Shown here in pieces: positions 1 through 13,460 of a DNA stretch of 64,000 nt. Made by a program: the position numbers and the translations under genes. Numbering within the stretch: the first letter of the stretch is position 1; every line of letters begins with the position of its first letter. The stretch lies in NCBI GenBank assembly GCA_951406725.2, contig OX597823.1:2976001-3040000 (forward strand), in the 5' to 3' direction. Under the pieces are notes generated by a model that was not told where the DNA came from, made no database searches, and saw only the letters and a list, made by a program, of their open reading frames with translations. The DNA comes from Octopus vulgaris. Lineage: Eukaryota.

Positions 1-311
1 ACTCTCAAAATACAAAGATCTGGAAATAGAGGTAACCAGATTGTGGAATCTAAAAACAGAAACAATTCCTATCATAGTAGGTGCATTAGGCATGATAAAA
101 AAATATTCAGACAAATACATAACAAAAACACCAGGACTTACAAGCACATATAACATACAGAAAATTGCACTACTAGGCACTGCACACATCCTACGCAGAA
201 CACTTTCCATACAATAACCATCAGAGCATCACAACAAATCACAGCACATAGCCAAGGCACACAGAGCTGCGCTCGGTAGTGAAGTGAAAGCACGCTATAA
301 AAATAAAACTA

Positions 312-315
<4 letters not shown>
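1..315 (+). mobile_element. 3' end of R4/Dong-type (RLE) non-LTR retrotransposon, copy 1
   Basis: Frame 2 (2-217) reads LSKYKDLEIEVTRLWNLKTETIPIIVGALG...IQKIALLGTAHILRRTL*, an RLE C-terminus; about 100 nt of 3'UTR runs into (TAA)n. Confidence 0.85.

Positions 316-401
<86 letters not shown>
316..401. repeat. (TAA)n microsatellite between two RLE LINE copies
   Basis: Direct reading. Confidence 0.95.
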
Positions 402-403
<2 letters not shown>

Positions 404-1208
404 CAACAAGAAACTACCAGGCCAATATATTAAAGATCAGCAGCAGTCCAATGTGTCGTGTATGCCGACAACAAAATGAAACCATAGATCATGTGGTCTC
501 CAAGTGCAGTCTTCTAGCGCCTATACAGTATCTCAACAGGCACGATAGAGCTGCACAATATATTCACTGGGTAATCTGCAAAAACCTGGATTTGCACCAT
601 GAAAAAAACTGGTGGGAACACAAACCACCCCCAGTGCTTCAAAATGACCATATCTCACTCCTCTGGAACTTCACCATTCAAACTGACAGAAAGATAGATG
701 CAAATAGGCCAGACATCATATTGAAAGACTTCAAACAAAGAAAATGCCTCCTCATTGATATGACTGTCCCAATCGATATAAACGTATCTGTCAAGACCTA
801 CCAAAAACTGAGCAAATATAAAGATCTTGAAATAGAAATCAGCAAAATGTGGAAGCTGAAGACTAAAACAATACCTGTTGTCAAAGGTGCCCTGGGAATG
901 ATAGCAAAAGGGGCTGATAACTACCTAACTCAGATACCAGGAAATCCCAAAATGTTAGAAATTCAAAAGATAGTGCTGATGGGAACTGCTCATATCCTAC
1001 GCAAAATACTTTCTATGTAATCTCAAGGTTTAAAACAAACATTTTATTTATTTATTTTTTTTTAGACATCCACCAGTACAACACAAAAAACAACCAAATA
1101 TATGGCACACTAGGCATAACAACAACGTGAACTTCCAATCTGTTGTCTCTTGAGGTCTCTGGGTGAGACTTGGAGCCAACTTGTACAAATATAAAGCAAA
1201 AGTCAAAC

Positions 1209-1210
<2 letters not shown>
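402..1210 (+). mobile_element. 5'-truncated R4/Dong-type LINE, copy 2 (CCHC knuckle plus RLE)
   Basis: Open frame 403-1020: PTRNYQ..CRVC..ETIDHVVSKC..RHD..RPDII..IDMTVP..KLSKYKDL; 3'UTR ends in (TAA)n; flanked by TAA on both sides. Confidence 0.9.
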
Positions 1211-1278
<68 letters not shown>

Positions 1279-1410
1279 AAGAAGAAGAAGAAGAAGAAGA
1301 AGAAGAAGAAGAAGAAGAAGAAGAAGAAGAAGAAGAAGAAGAAGAAGAAGAAGAAGAAGAAGAAGAAGAATGATAATGATAATAACGGTAATGATAAAGA
1401 TGATAATGTA
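1210..1410. repeat. (TAA)n then (GAA)n compound microsatellite
   Basis: Direct reading. Confidence 0.95.
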
Positions 1411-1444
1411 ACTAGTGATAATAACAGGTAGCTACAATAGGAAG

Positions 1445-1830
1445 GCTGAGCCGGTTGTAACTGTAGAGGGGATAGGGAACGTGCTTTTAATAAATCATGT
1501 TTAGAAAGGAACATAGTATATGAATGTACTGTAGTAACCCGGGACAAAATTTACGAGTACATAGGTTGCATTGCCACGACATTTAAGCTCCGATATTACA
1601 ACCACATCTCGTCCTTTCGGCATAAAAATAAAGACAATGGGACACCACTTAGCAAGCTAATATGGCAACTTAGGAAAAACAGGAATATAAGCAAAAATGG
1701 TGAATCCTCGGTAGAGCTAAACCATACAAAATAGGCAGAAGTAGATGTGAACTTTGCATAAAGGAGTCATTCCAAATCCTAACATCAGTGGTAATCACAT
1801 TAACCGTTGGCAGGAATTAGCGAAACGATG
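1445..1830 (+). mobile_element. Penelope-like element remnant, GIY-YIG endonuclease (frameshifted)
   Basis: Manual translation across frames: GCNCR..CLERNIVYECTV..YEYIGCIATTFKLRYYNHISSFRH..TPLSKLIWQL..ILGRAKPY..RCELCIKE. Confidence 0.75.
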
Positions 1831-1940
1831 CAAGAATTTCTATAATGAATCATTCAACAGATTCCCTAGTTAAATGTAATAATATAGTGAGAAGCATGGG
1901 TCGGGATGGATATGATGCTTAGGGGATAAATGGGAATTAC

Positions 1941-1985
<45 letters not shown>

Positions 1986-2060
1986 TTTTATTTTTTTATT
2001 TTTATTTTTATTTTATCTAGTTTCAGCTCACGAGCTGTGGCCAACCGCCATATGTCAGGA

Positions 2061-2282
<222 letters not shown>

Positions 2283-3413
2283 GGAAAATGTATTGTTGAA
2301 AATGCACCTAAATTTCGAAAACTTTTAAAGATGGGGGTTTTTTTGTAATTTTAAACTTTTACTATTAATAAACAAAAAATATTGTTGAAACTAGTTTGGT
2401 GTATATGTAAATAAATGTATTTTAAACATTTACGATTTTTTGAAATTTATAGTAAGATAGTAAGATAAAATCATAGCAACAACGATATATGTCATAGCTG
2501 TAGAATAAGGCATTTTGAAACTACATATACGTCAGCAACAACAAAAAGCTAGCTGCGGACTCGTTGCTCTATATATGTTTATTGGTTACTCCGACGCGAG
2601 AACAAAAAACAAGAAGGCGCGTAATATGCAACACAGGCAGTAAACAAAATATATAATAGAACAGAGTGGTGACATTTAGTAGAGATAACCCGGAAGTTGT
2701 TCCTATTCGGTTACTATCGCAAACAGCAGCAGCCTTCTTCAACTGAAAATACGTCGTTGATTGGCTAAGATTACCCAAATACGACAACTTTAACGCGAAA
2801 TAACTTCTAAAATAAGAAATTTTGTTTAAAATTTTTCTTAGGAAACCGTGTTCTGCGTGACATATTTCACCAGTATACGAAGTCTCAAACCGTTTGGTTA
2901 AAAAGAATAAATCAAAATATCTGTGAACCAAACTGAACAGATCCGATATCTAATATCAATATTAGTGTTGTTGATGTCGATATCGTTACTATCATCATTA
3001 ATGTTTTAGTATCACCCATTATTCCGCAAATTATTTTAATTATCTTATAGTTTAGTTTGCTTTCATGCTAAATTTATAACAGTTCAAATTTTAATCCGTA
3101 ACCCAAACTTTAAAACCCATCTAATCAGGTTAATCTGAATTTGCATTTGACTTTCAACAATTTTCACTTGACTTCATCCCACTTCGACCTAACATCTCTC
3201 AATCTATCAGTATTTATATCCTAGCTAAGAAGAGCTTTTTTGACCCCTACACTGCAATAGGACTACTACTAATATCCCTTCATTTTTTAACATAATTCCC
3301 CTACTATGCTTCATAGCAACAATCACAAAATATTACAGACTTAGATTGACCGTATGTACAAAAAGTCCATATCAAATTTCAACACAATGGTTGGAAAAGT
3401 TCTAACATATACA

Positions 3414-3826
3414 CAGGGTGTTCAAAAAGTCTCTCCGCGGTGAGTTTTTCGGTAAACTGATTATTTCGAAGTGACTTTGGCCCCCAAGATCACCTGATTT
3501 AACACCACCAGTCTTTTTTTTTTTTTTACTGGGGAGCAAGTAAAGGATCAGTGTTCAAGAATCTCCCGAAAGCCATTAATGAGCTAAAAGACGCAATCAT
3601 AACCTTCACACGGTCCATACCGAATCAGACTCTCTAACTTGTATTTCAAAACATTTGTAGAAGAGTCAACTTATGTATTGAAAATGAAAGACGACACTTT
3701 CAACGCCCCTTATAAAGTTTTTTAGTCTTGTAAAGTCTAATAAATTCTTTTGTAGTCTTATACCATCTTATAAATATTCATTTTACAATAACATACTTAC
3801 TTCGGAGAGACATTTTTAACACCCTG
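3414..3826 (+). mobile_element. Internally deleted Tc1/mariner-superfamily element
   Basis: TIRs cagggtgttcaaaaagtctctccg / cggagagacatttttaacaccctg+TA; residual WPPRSPDLTPP motif. Confidence 0.8.
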
Positions 3827-4259
3827 TACAATGTCAATAAGGTAAGGTGTGTTGACCTGACAACAAACACTAATGTTTTATGACTGCCCCTCTTCCGAAT
3901 ATTAGCAACACAATGGCCCTGCTTCTAGCAAGTGGCTCTTTTCCACCCCTTTGTAACCTGTCTTCCTCTGTTCTCTATTCTACTTGCATCTTTCCATTTT
4001 CTTCTCCTCCTTCCCCCATGCAAACGCCATTCCTTTAGTGTTCTGCTTGTTATAACCAGAAATGGCTCTGATGAAAATAGAATTAATTTTCTGAGGTCGT
4101 TCAATTTACCTCAATTGATCAATAGACCAGTTGAGGAAACCTATCAGTAATGTACCTATAAAGACGACTGGAAACAGCTGTAAGCCAAATTTGCTCCAAT
4201 AAAGGAAAAATATGTAATGACCATTATTTTTAACTTGTTTTATATATATGTATATATGT

Positions 4260-4500
4260 GTGTGTGTGTGTGTGTGTGTGGCTGTTTTTGTGTCTGTGTT
4301 TGTTCCCCAACACTGCTTAACAAACGGTGTTGGTGTGTTCACGTCCTCGTAACTTAGTGGTTCGGTAAAAACGACCGATAAAATAAGTACCAGGTTTTAC
4401 AAAAAAAGCAAGTACTGGGATCTATTCATTCGACCAAAAATTCCTTGAAGGCGGTGCCCCAGCATGGCCGCAGTCTAATGACTGAAGCAAGTGAAAGATA
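4260..4500 (+). mobile_element. SINE family B, 3' half
   Basis: Matches other copies; tail ggcggtgccccagcatggccgcagtctaatgactgaa. Confidence 0.8.
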
Positions 4501-5024
4501 GAAGAGAAACGATATTGGACATCTCGGCAGAGGATCCTTCATTCGATTCAAGAACTCCACAGAATTAAGAGCGTCTCTTATATTTCCTAGTATAAATAAT
4601 GATGAATGGAGGTAAGTTTCAGCCTAAGTTGAAGAAAACTGCGCCCGAAAACATTTCCAAACGATTATCATAAAATTTCTCAAGAATTTTTACCTTCTTG
4701 AACAGTTATTGATTTATGGAACTGTTACCAATTAACGCAATCATAGAATGGTAAAAGTTGTTCAGCACAATATTATTTGATTTATAATTTCTTAACTTTC
4801 GCAGAAGTTAAAAACCGTGTTTAATTGTTTTTCTTTGCTTTTTTATGTTCTTTTCCCGCCTAATTGTATCAGAATGGAAGTAAACACCCAGTTTACAGAG
4901 ATAATTACAAGCAATATAAATATTTAAGCTAATTAACGACTTAATGTGGCAGAGATTGCTTTTTTTTATATAGAAAATACCAATTAAGTAAGAAATTTTT
5001 ATGTGTTATTCAAAGAAGAAGGAG

Positions 5025-6200
5025 TAATGCCGTGACCTTTGTAGGTCTTTACAGAGAAGTGTGATTGATGCGAGTGATGGTCAGTCTGAAATTTGTAGGT
5101 CAATCAATGTTGGAAATGAATAGGAGGCGGAGACGGAATTGCAGAGAGCTGCAATTCTGGGGAGGAAGGATTGGGTGGTCTGGTAATTAGGATATAGTAG
5201 TGTTAGGGAGATGTGTGTGTGTGTCTGTGTGTGTGTGTGCGTGTGTGGAAAGGGTATAACTGTGTTAAGTGAGCCTCAGTGAAGTGGGAATGCAACTAAT
5301 TATTCAGAAGGGACCGTTGCAGTAACGTGACCATAGAAAGAGAAAAGTGCCAGCGCATGCGTGAGGAAGCGGTCGTGATGCGTGAATATTTATTGTGTAG
5401 AGTGAGTACTTTTGTAATAACAGCACTGGACGCTATATGTAGACAGTACTGCAATATAGAACAACACTCAAGTTTTACATACAGATTCGAGATGAAGTAG
5501 TTTCTGACCCCGGAGAGTCGAGACTTTTGAATACAGTCTGAGAATATCATATTTATTTCTTTATTGCCCACAGGAGGCTAAACATAGAGGAGACAAACAA
5601 GGACAAGCAAAGGGATTAAGTCGATTGCATCAACCCCAGTGCGTAACTGGTACTTATTTAATAGATCCCGAAAGAATGAAAGGCAAAGTCGACCTCAGCG
5701 GAATTTGAACTCAGAATGTAACGGCAGACGAAATACCGCGAAGCATTTTGCGCGGCGTGTTAACGTTTCTGCCAGCTCGCCGCCCTCTCAGAATGTCATA
5801 TAGGCGAGTTAACTCCTGCGCAGATTGACGGAGATTATCAGGACGGCTTTAGGGTGCGAAACAATTCAGATAAGCTGAGGATATTCCCGCTGATAGTTTA
5901 TTTCTATTGGTGACTGTCGTGGTAGTAGTAGCCTCAGTTCTTATTGATTGCTCTGTAGATCATGTTATTATCAGTCTCTCAGTGGCATCGAATATAGTGG
6001 TTGGAACTTTGTGATGGTGTAGTAACTCTAGTATCGAGGAGCTGGGGACCAGAACAGACACCTTCTTATAGCTTGGCCATAGGAACCAGCGGACTTTGGA
6101 TGTAGTACTTTGCTTCCCTTACGACAGCTTTGTTAATGAGTTGCTCGGCTCAACCCCAGGCACCGTTCTCTTCTCCCGCCTGCTCCTCGCCAATTTTAAG
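5025..6200 (-). mobile_element. Decayed Jockey/CR1-group LINE 3' region, interrupted by a SINE
   Basis: Minus-strand remnants RNYF..LYVKLE..ILQYC and SFLPRIAALCNS..SFP; heavily mutated. Confidence 0.5.
5552..5784 (-). mobile_element. tRNA-headed SINE family A
   Basis: Head ggcggcgagctggcagaaacgttaa, B-box gagttcaaattcc; near-TSD agaat(a/g)tcatat on both sides. Confidence 0.85.
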
Positions 6201-6247
6201 TTTCAGTATATACATTTGTGCGCCTGTGCGTATGTAGGGTAAGTATA

Positions 6248-6287
<40 letters not shown>

Positions 6288-6328
6288 TGAGTGAGTGTGT
6301 GTGTGTACGTGTGTGTGTGTGTGAGTGA

Positions 6329-6427
<99 letters not shown>

Positions 6428-6637
6428 TGAGTGTGTGTGTGTGTATGCTTTCTTCTGTTTTTAATAATTTGACTTCTTCTAAACAAAGATACAAAGATAC
6501 AAAGCTCCATCACTGGATTCTCGATAACGAAAACAATATATTTCAAACTTCAGAAAAGTCTTCCATATTCCTTCTAGAAAAGCAAGGATCATGTTGGTCT
6601 CAAAAGTAATTTTTTCAACATTATTGTAATCTAGATC

Positions 6638-6878
6638 ACCGATCTTTAAGATAGTTGTAATGCACACCATCTGAAACGTATTTGTAGAAATTTTGATAAA
6701 AACAAAATACCCATTTTTCAGAAAGTTATGAGGAAACAAATTTGGGGTTGGCACACTTCTGTAGTTATGCCGAAATATAAACAGAGATATTAAGAATTCT
6801 TATCTCATTGAAAAACTACGTCACAGTCAATGAAAATTATCTTTGTGGCTGAATACTGAAGTTGAAATCTGTAGAAAA
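6638..6878 (+). repeat. Left arm of ~240 bp inverted repeat (partner 8569-8808)
   Basis: Near-identical reverse complement of 8569-8808. Confidence 0.9.
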
Positions 6879-7040
6879 ATACTGATCTATATATATGTGT
6901 GTGTATGTGTACATACATATGCCTCTCTCTCTATATATATATATATGTGTGTATATATAGATAGATATATGTGCACGCACATGCACGCACTCACACAAAT
7001 CAGTAGTGTGTGTGTGTATGTGTGTGTGTGTGTGTGTGTA

Positions 7041-8215
7041 TTGGGTTGTCCGGAAAGTTTGTGCTGATTTTTAAAGGAAAGAAAAAGGTCAATAAATACC
7101 ATTATATCTTTAATCAACCAAATATGAACCATTTTGTTGCACAATGCGTCTCCATCTTTCCTTTAAGTTGAAAATACCCTCTTCCTAGAATTAAGGTGGT
7201 TTCATGGCAAAGAATTCATCAAGATATCTTTTTACGTCATCCAAGGAATGAAATTTTTACCATTAAGACTATTCTGCAGAGACCTGAAAAAGTGGAAATC
7301 CGAAGGAGTAATATGGTGAATATGGAGGGTGGGGTAACACATCCCAGCCAAGCTGCAGCAATTTTTGTCTGGTTCCCAAAAAACGTGCGGTCTTGCATTA
7401 TCATGTTGGAAAACAACACCCTTCCTGTTGGCCAATTCTGGACGTTTCTCTTGAATTGCTGGTTTTAACTCGTTGTGTGCAGTATTTCTAAGAATTAATT
7501 GTTTGGTTACTTGGGAGAAGCTGATAGTACAGAATTCCTTTCCAATCCCACCAGACACAAAGTAAGACTTTTTTAGGGTGAAGACCCGCTTTTGGGGTGG
7601 CTAAGGGTGGCTCATGTCGCTTACTCTAGGATTGCTTCTCTGAACATTTCGGTAGATAATCCATTTCTCATCACCTGTCACAATTTGCTTTAAAAAAGGC
7701 GCGTTTTCATTCCGTTTATATAGTGAATCACAGATGGAAATGCAATCCAAAAGGTTCTTCTCACTCAACTCATGTGGTACCCAAACATCGTAGCCATTTG
7801 TGTACCCAAGCTTTACCAGGTTCTCATGAACGACGGATTTTGATAGCTTGAGGCTTTCTGCCAATTCTCGGGTTGTGCAATGTGGGTTATTCTCAATTAA
7901 GGACTTGATTTGGTCACCATCTGTAGTAGATGGTCTGCGCATATTTCTTTGGTGGCTTGTGAGGCATTTTTCCCTTTACGAAAAAAGAAAAGCATTATGT
8001 GCCGAAGATGAACTTTCTTATCTTCCATTTTAAAGGGTTACAGAATTAACACAGATTATAGGAACATAAATCTTCTTCCACGAAAAGATAGCTTAAACTG
8101 TGCTCTAAATGGAGGTGTAGTCAAATCCTATTTTATGGACTGGACTCAACCATGTTCTAAAATAAATCGAAACGTAAGCTACTATAGATCGCCGCGAACT
8201 TTCCGGACAACCCAA
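7041..8215 (-). mobile_element. Near full-length mariner element with frameshifted transposase pseudogene
   Basis: TIRs ttgggttgtccggaaagt / actttccggacaacccaa, TA on both sides; WVPHEL, IVTGDEKW, HDNARPH, PSDFHFFRSLQN motifs. Confidence 0.93.
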
Positions 8216-8234
8216 TATATGTGTGTGCGTGCGC

Positions 8235-8288
<54 letters not shown>

Positions 8289-8568
8289 CTGTAAATATAA
8301 TATGTGACAATTATTCGGTAGCCATGATAAAACTCCGCGTTTCGGATGTCGAGGCGGAAACCCACGAGGCCGTGTGTGTGTACGTGCATAAGAATAATAG
8401 TTTTTGGTAGTGTACAGTAAAATATTTATATTATAATACAGAAAGCTCCTTATCAATTATTTTCGTTATCTTATTGAAAGGAAACAATTATTAGTCTTGA
8501 ATGTGTAGAAAACTATTATAAATTCCAATTTTAATACATCGTTATCAAAATGTGGTTTTTGGGTTTCT

Positions 8569-8808
8569 TTTTCTACAGATTTCAACTTCAGTATTCAGCC
8601 ACAAAGATAATTTTCATTGACTGTGACGTAGTTTCTCAATGAGATAAGAATTCTTAATATCTCTGTTTATATTTCGGCATAACTACAGAAGCGTTCCAAC
8701 CCCAAATTTGTTTCCTCATAACTTTCTGAAAAATGGGTATTTTTTTTTATCAAAATTTCTACAAATACGTTTCAGATGATGTGCATTACAACTATCTTAA
8801 AAGTCGGT
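8569..8808 (-). repeat. Right arm of ~240 bp inverted repeat
   Basis: Reverse complement of 6638-6878. Confidence 0.9.
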
Positions 8809-9007
8809 ATGTGTGTGTATGTATGTATGTATGTATGTATGTATGTATGTATGTATGTATGTATGTATGTATGTATGTATGTATGTGCGTATGTATGCAT
8901 GCATGTGTCATCTAGAACCTCCAGAATTGTTTGGCAAAACTACACGAGAAAGGTTCAAATTTTAGGGTACTGTCTTGTAACGCACCAAAAGTTACTGACA
9001 GTTTTGT

Positions 9008-9043
<36 letters not shown>

Positions 9044-9065
9044 AGTGCGCACGTGTGTGCATATA

Positions 9066-9295
9066 CAGGCAGGTGCAAAAGTAGGTATACAATAAGCATT
9101 GCATCGACGTTACACTTCTTGATTCATTAAAATTATTAACTCATTAAATTAGCCTCATTTTTTTTTAATATTCTCAGCGTCATTAATCATAATAATACAT
9201 TTATCATAACTATGAATAATACTTTTATCGTAACTTTTAATTGTTCGTGTTTTTCTTTTCTTCATAACTGTATACCTACTTTTGCACCACCTCTC
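9066..9295. mobile_element. MITE with ~20-25 bp TIRs (Tc1/mariner-like)
   Basis: ggtgcaaaagtaggtataca ... tgtatacctacttttgcacc. Confidence 0.7.
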
Positions 9296-9415
9296 TACAT
9301 CGACTTCTGGTGGAACACTGACAGTCAATCTAAAGAAAAGGGATTCGATAGTTATACTTAGTTTAGTAAGTGACTACCTTTAAATTGAAGCAATTATACG
9401 TCTCAAGGGGTTTAC

Positions 9416-9481
<66 letters not shown>

Positions 9482-9649
9482 TATGTGTATATGAAACCGA
9501 TTTCTTTCGAACAACTGAAAATACGAGTGAGTTGCAGCATTACCTTTCTTAAGAAGGAGGCGGTCCATATTTCCGGAAGAGTTCCTTGTAGTTTGTTTGG
9601 AACGTGAAACGTATCCGACTCTATCATCAACGTTTCTAGACCGTCACGG

Positions 9650-11100
9650 TCATATCTTCTGTGTGGAGTGATGTTGGCGTTTGCTACTGCTTTGTTATTG
9701 TAGGCTTATCTGATGTGTTTGGTGAAGACATTCTCGGCAGAATTTCAATTTCTCACCGTTAGATCTACATATAATTAGTCGGGTTGTTATTTTTTCATAA
9801 TCACTGTATGTTATTTCTGGCTTTACTTCAGTATTGTATAATGTTGTGAGTACTATCTCGTGTTTTCAGTATTATGTTGTGTTCTAAGTATTGCTTCCGC
9901 CATCAATCGCCCACTTTTTTGTTAGAAATTGAGTAGATTTTCCTTTGATATTTTCATGTTTAATATTGTTTTGTGTTATGTGATCTAGTGAAATATAAGT
10001 CACACCCCATTATAACTTCATGGTTAACGAGCCCGGAGAGTGTCATACTTATATGGCCAAAATTACAGTTGAAGTCGTGAAGTTTACTACTTTCAAGATT
10101 GCAAATTTGTTAATCCCATTGGCCATCCGTACCTTGTTGCGAGTTTTAAAATGTTTATTTTTTATTGATAACAAAGTTTTTAATGTTAATGCTTTTGTCG
10201 TATATTATTGGTGTTAGTTTATTGTCTGATGTTTATGGTTTTCAGTTCCGTTTTATGGGATTTTCTTTATAATACTTTCATCTATTTTATGGTTTGTATA
10301 CATTTCATTCACGAATTACAGCTTATGTCTGGTTTGTGTATTTATAATAGTGTTTGATGTATTATTATGTTTTCTGACTAATTTTTCGATTGTGCTTTGG
10401 CTCCTTCGTCTAATGGTTTATTTGAATATTTTCGTTTTATTCTGTAGATTTCTATATCTAATACTTTGTTTCTGGACGACAATTTCAATGTTTTTGTAAC
10501 AGTTGATATCTTACTCTTCACATGCTGTATCCGTGTCGTGATTATTCACTGTCTCCATTGAGAATCAATCTTCGTTGTAAATAGACTTGACGTAAACAGA
10601 CGCTTTCCTCTCTGGATACTTATGCCTCAAAATGGAGGCATTGCTAGAAGCTTCACTTGGACTATTGAAAGTTAATTGTTTTATAGCTCTTCTTTCAGTT
10701 TCTGGTCTATTCCAGAGTCCATTATAATGGTCGTAACGTCCACCTACATGGTACATCTATAGAATAGATGTTCGTGTCTTGGTACCAGTTTGTTTCCTCT
10801 TATGGCCAAACAAAACGCTGCAAATGTTTGTCCTAATGGAGAACCCATGACTTCTCCGTTTTTTTTTTTTTTGGTTGTATAATCACCTTTATGGAAGCCA
10901 AAGGGTACTTTTATTGTACAGGACACTATTAATATTATTATGGCTGCTACCACAGAGTTTCTATGTTGAAGAGGGGGATGTTACCTACATGTTGGTTTCT
11001 TGTAAGATCTATAGGAATACTTCAAACACAGATAGCATATTGACCACAGATCAACGATAATCACCTAACAGTTGACATATGAATCTAGTGGTTAAAAGTT
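9650..11100 (-). mobile_element. Decayed Penelope-like element (RT region)
   Basis: NGEVMGSPLGQTFAAF (PLE RT GxxMGSPL motif) near 10830; rest degenerate. Confidence 0.6.
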
Positions 11101-11859
11101 CGAACTCTAGCGGTAATGTCTACATCAATCACACTGGCTCTACCTACCATCAAGAGGTAGAAACAAGCGCCCATGGCACTTCATCCAGAAGATGAGAGTG
11201 TGAAAGTCTGGAAATGTTGATGATAGACTTCGAAACTTGATATTTCCAAAGAAATTGCAAGAAATTCATGCGAAAATTTAAAAAAAATTGAAATAGAACC
11301 AAATCTATAACACGGTGATGTCTTCAAAGCAACATGTCTAAAAGAGAAACTTCACCCATATATACAAGTATTGTGTAGGGTAGTGTATAAATGTATATAT
11401 ATATACCTAAATATCCATATACGTACTTCATACAAACATATCCACATGTATATCCGCACGCGCACACTCGTTGTCCTAATTAAATCTGATGATAAGAGTG
11501 AAACTGACAATCTTCGTTCCTGTCTCGTATTTTAGAAATTGATATTGCAACAGTGTCAATAGCATCGCTGTCACGATTATAATTATTTACATATACCTAA
11601 ATATGTTTAGACAGACAGAAAGACAAAGAGTATGCGCGCGCGCGTGTGTGTGTGAATGTGTGTGTGTGTGTGTGTACAAGAAGAAAGACTAGGACAAACC
11701 ATAGAACGTTGATGAAAGCCTAATTACATAATACAGAGTTGACCTTACTAAATGACCTTACGCCACCATATAAACGCTTGTTTCCACCTGCCCTCCATCC
11801 CTTCCCCCTCTCTCTCTCTTTCCTATGTATATATAAATATAAATATACGTGTGTGTGTG

Positions 11860-11897
<38 letters not shown>

Positions 11898-11910
11898 TAC
11901 AGAGCGACAG

Positions 11911-11963
<53 letters not shown>

Positions 11964-12299
11964 CAGATATGTTTGTATGTATGTATGTGTGTGTATGTGT
12001 GTGTGCGTGTGTGTGTTTAATCTGCGTTAACCTACAAAGCGAGCCATTCTGTCGTGTACTTTTAGCAAACACTTCTGGAATGTTTTGGATGACGTTGACA
12101 ACAACAGCAACAATATCACTGTAGCATTGTCAGCAATAATGTCAGCCATGACACAGATATAACAGCTAATCCTCCCTCTCTCCAGCCACACATATACATA
12201 CATCCGTTCATCTGGCTATACTTCTATACACATCCGTTCGTCCATCTATACAACCAAGTCATCCATATACAATTTCCTATATATAGATATGTATCTATG

Positions 12300-12332
<33 letters not shown>

Positions 12333-12337
<5 letters not shown>

Positions 12338-12539
12338 ACTCTTTTACTTGTTTCAGTCAGTTGACTGCGGCCATGCTGGAGCACCGCCTTTATAGTCGAG
12401 CAAATCGACCCCAGAGCTTATTCTTTGCAAACCTAGTTCTTATTCTATCGGTCTCAGTTGCCGAACTGCTAAGTTACGGGGTCCTAAACACACCAGCATC
12501 GCTTGTCAAGCGATGCTTGGGGGACAAACAGACACACAA

Positions 12540-12628
<89 letters not shown>

Positions 12629-12792
12629 CGACGAGCTTCTTCCATTTTCCGTCTACCAAATCCATGCACAAGGCTTTGGTCGGCTCAAGGCTATAGTAGA
12701 AGACACTTGCCCAAGGTGCCACGCAGTGGTACTGAAGCCGGGACCATGTGGTTGGTAAGCAAGCTACTTACCACACAGCCACTCCTGCGCCT
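12333..12792 (-). mobile_element. SINE family B, full length (tRNA head, CORE-like accttgggcaagtg segment, internal TA/TG tract)
   Basis: Multi-copy in window. Confidence 0.88.
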
Positions 12793-12819
12793 ATGTATGT
12801 TTCTTCTTTCTCCTTTTAA

Positions 12820-13375
12820 TTTAGAATAAACTTGGACCTGCCACTTGCTTGGTAACGGTCGTGAAGGAAAGCATTTTGTTTTGTTCAGTAATCTTTAAAC
12901 AAACCGTAAGAAGTTCTTGTAGTTTTGTAGTCCCAGATGTCGTTATCATTTGTAGTGTATGAATTAAGGATTTGCTTTCTCTTCCCCAAGAATTCCTGTC
13001 CAACCATTCTTTGCTCCAGATGAATTGTACTGAATCCTGTCCCTGCAACATAATATGCATGAAGCTAAAACTGGATCTTGAGTACTGGATTTGCAAACTA
13101 CTCCTTTTCAATGGTCCATAGAAGTTCTCTTTCTTTTGTATTTTTCTGGCCACTTTGGTGTCCAGAGGGCAGCTGATTTCCACAACAGAACCTATCACTT
13201 CCTTGTAGTTCCACACAACAATATCTGACCAATTGTGTTTCAACTTCGTGGCTAATTTTTAAGTTCCACTAATATTCTTTTCATCCATCGGTCTCAGTTT
13301 GGTCAATTTCGTCTGTAGGTGTTTTCTTTTTTATCCTGTTTCAGACCGTTCTGGCCTCCGCATCATGCCTCGTGG
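12820..13375 (-). mobile_element. Decayed RLE-type LINE fragment
   Basis: KHNWSDIVVW..VVEISCPLD..KKENFYGPL resembles the 61118-61490 RLE region. Confidence 0.7.
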
Positions 13376-13460
13376 GTATGCATGCATGTATGTATGTATG
13401 TATGTATGTATGTATGTATGTATGTATGTATGTATGTATGTATGTATGTATGTATGTATG

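Noticed and set aside
2323-2950. Possible TTAA-type non-autonomous DNA transposon
   Set aside because: Could not find a matching second terminus
11486-11510. ctgatga-taagagt-gaaa
   Set aside because: No stem II or III pairing; could be chance
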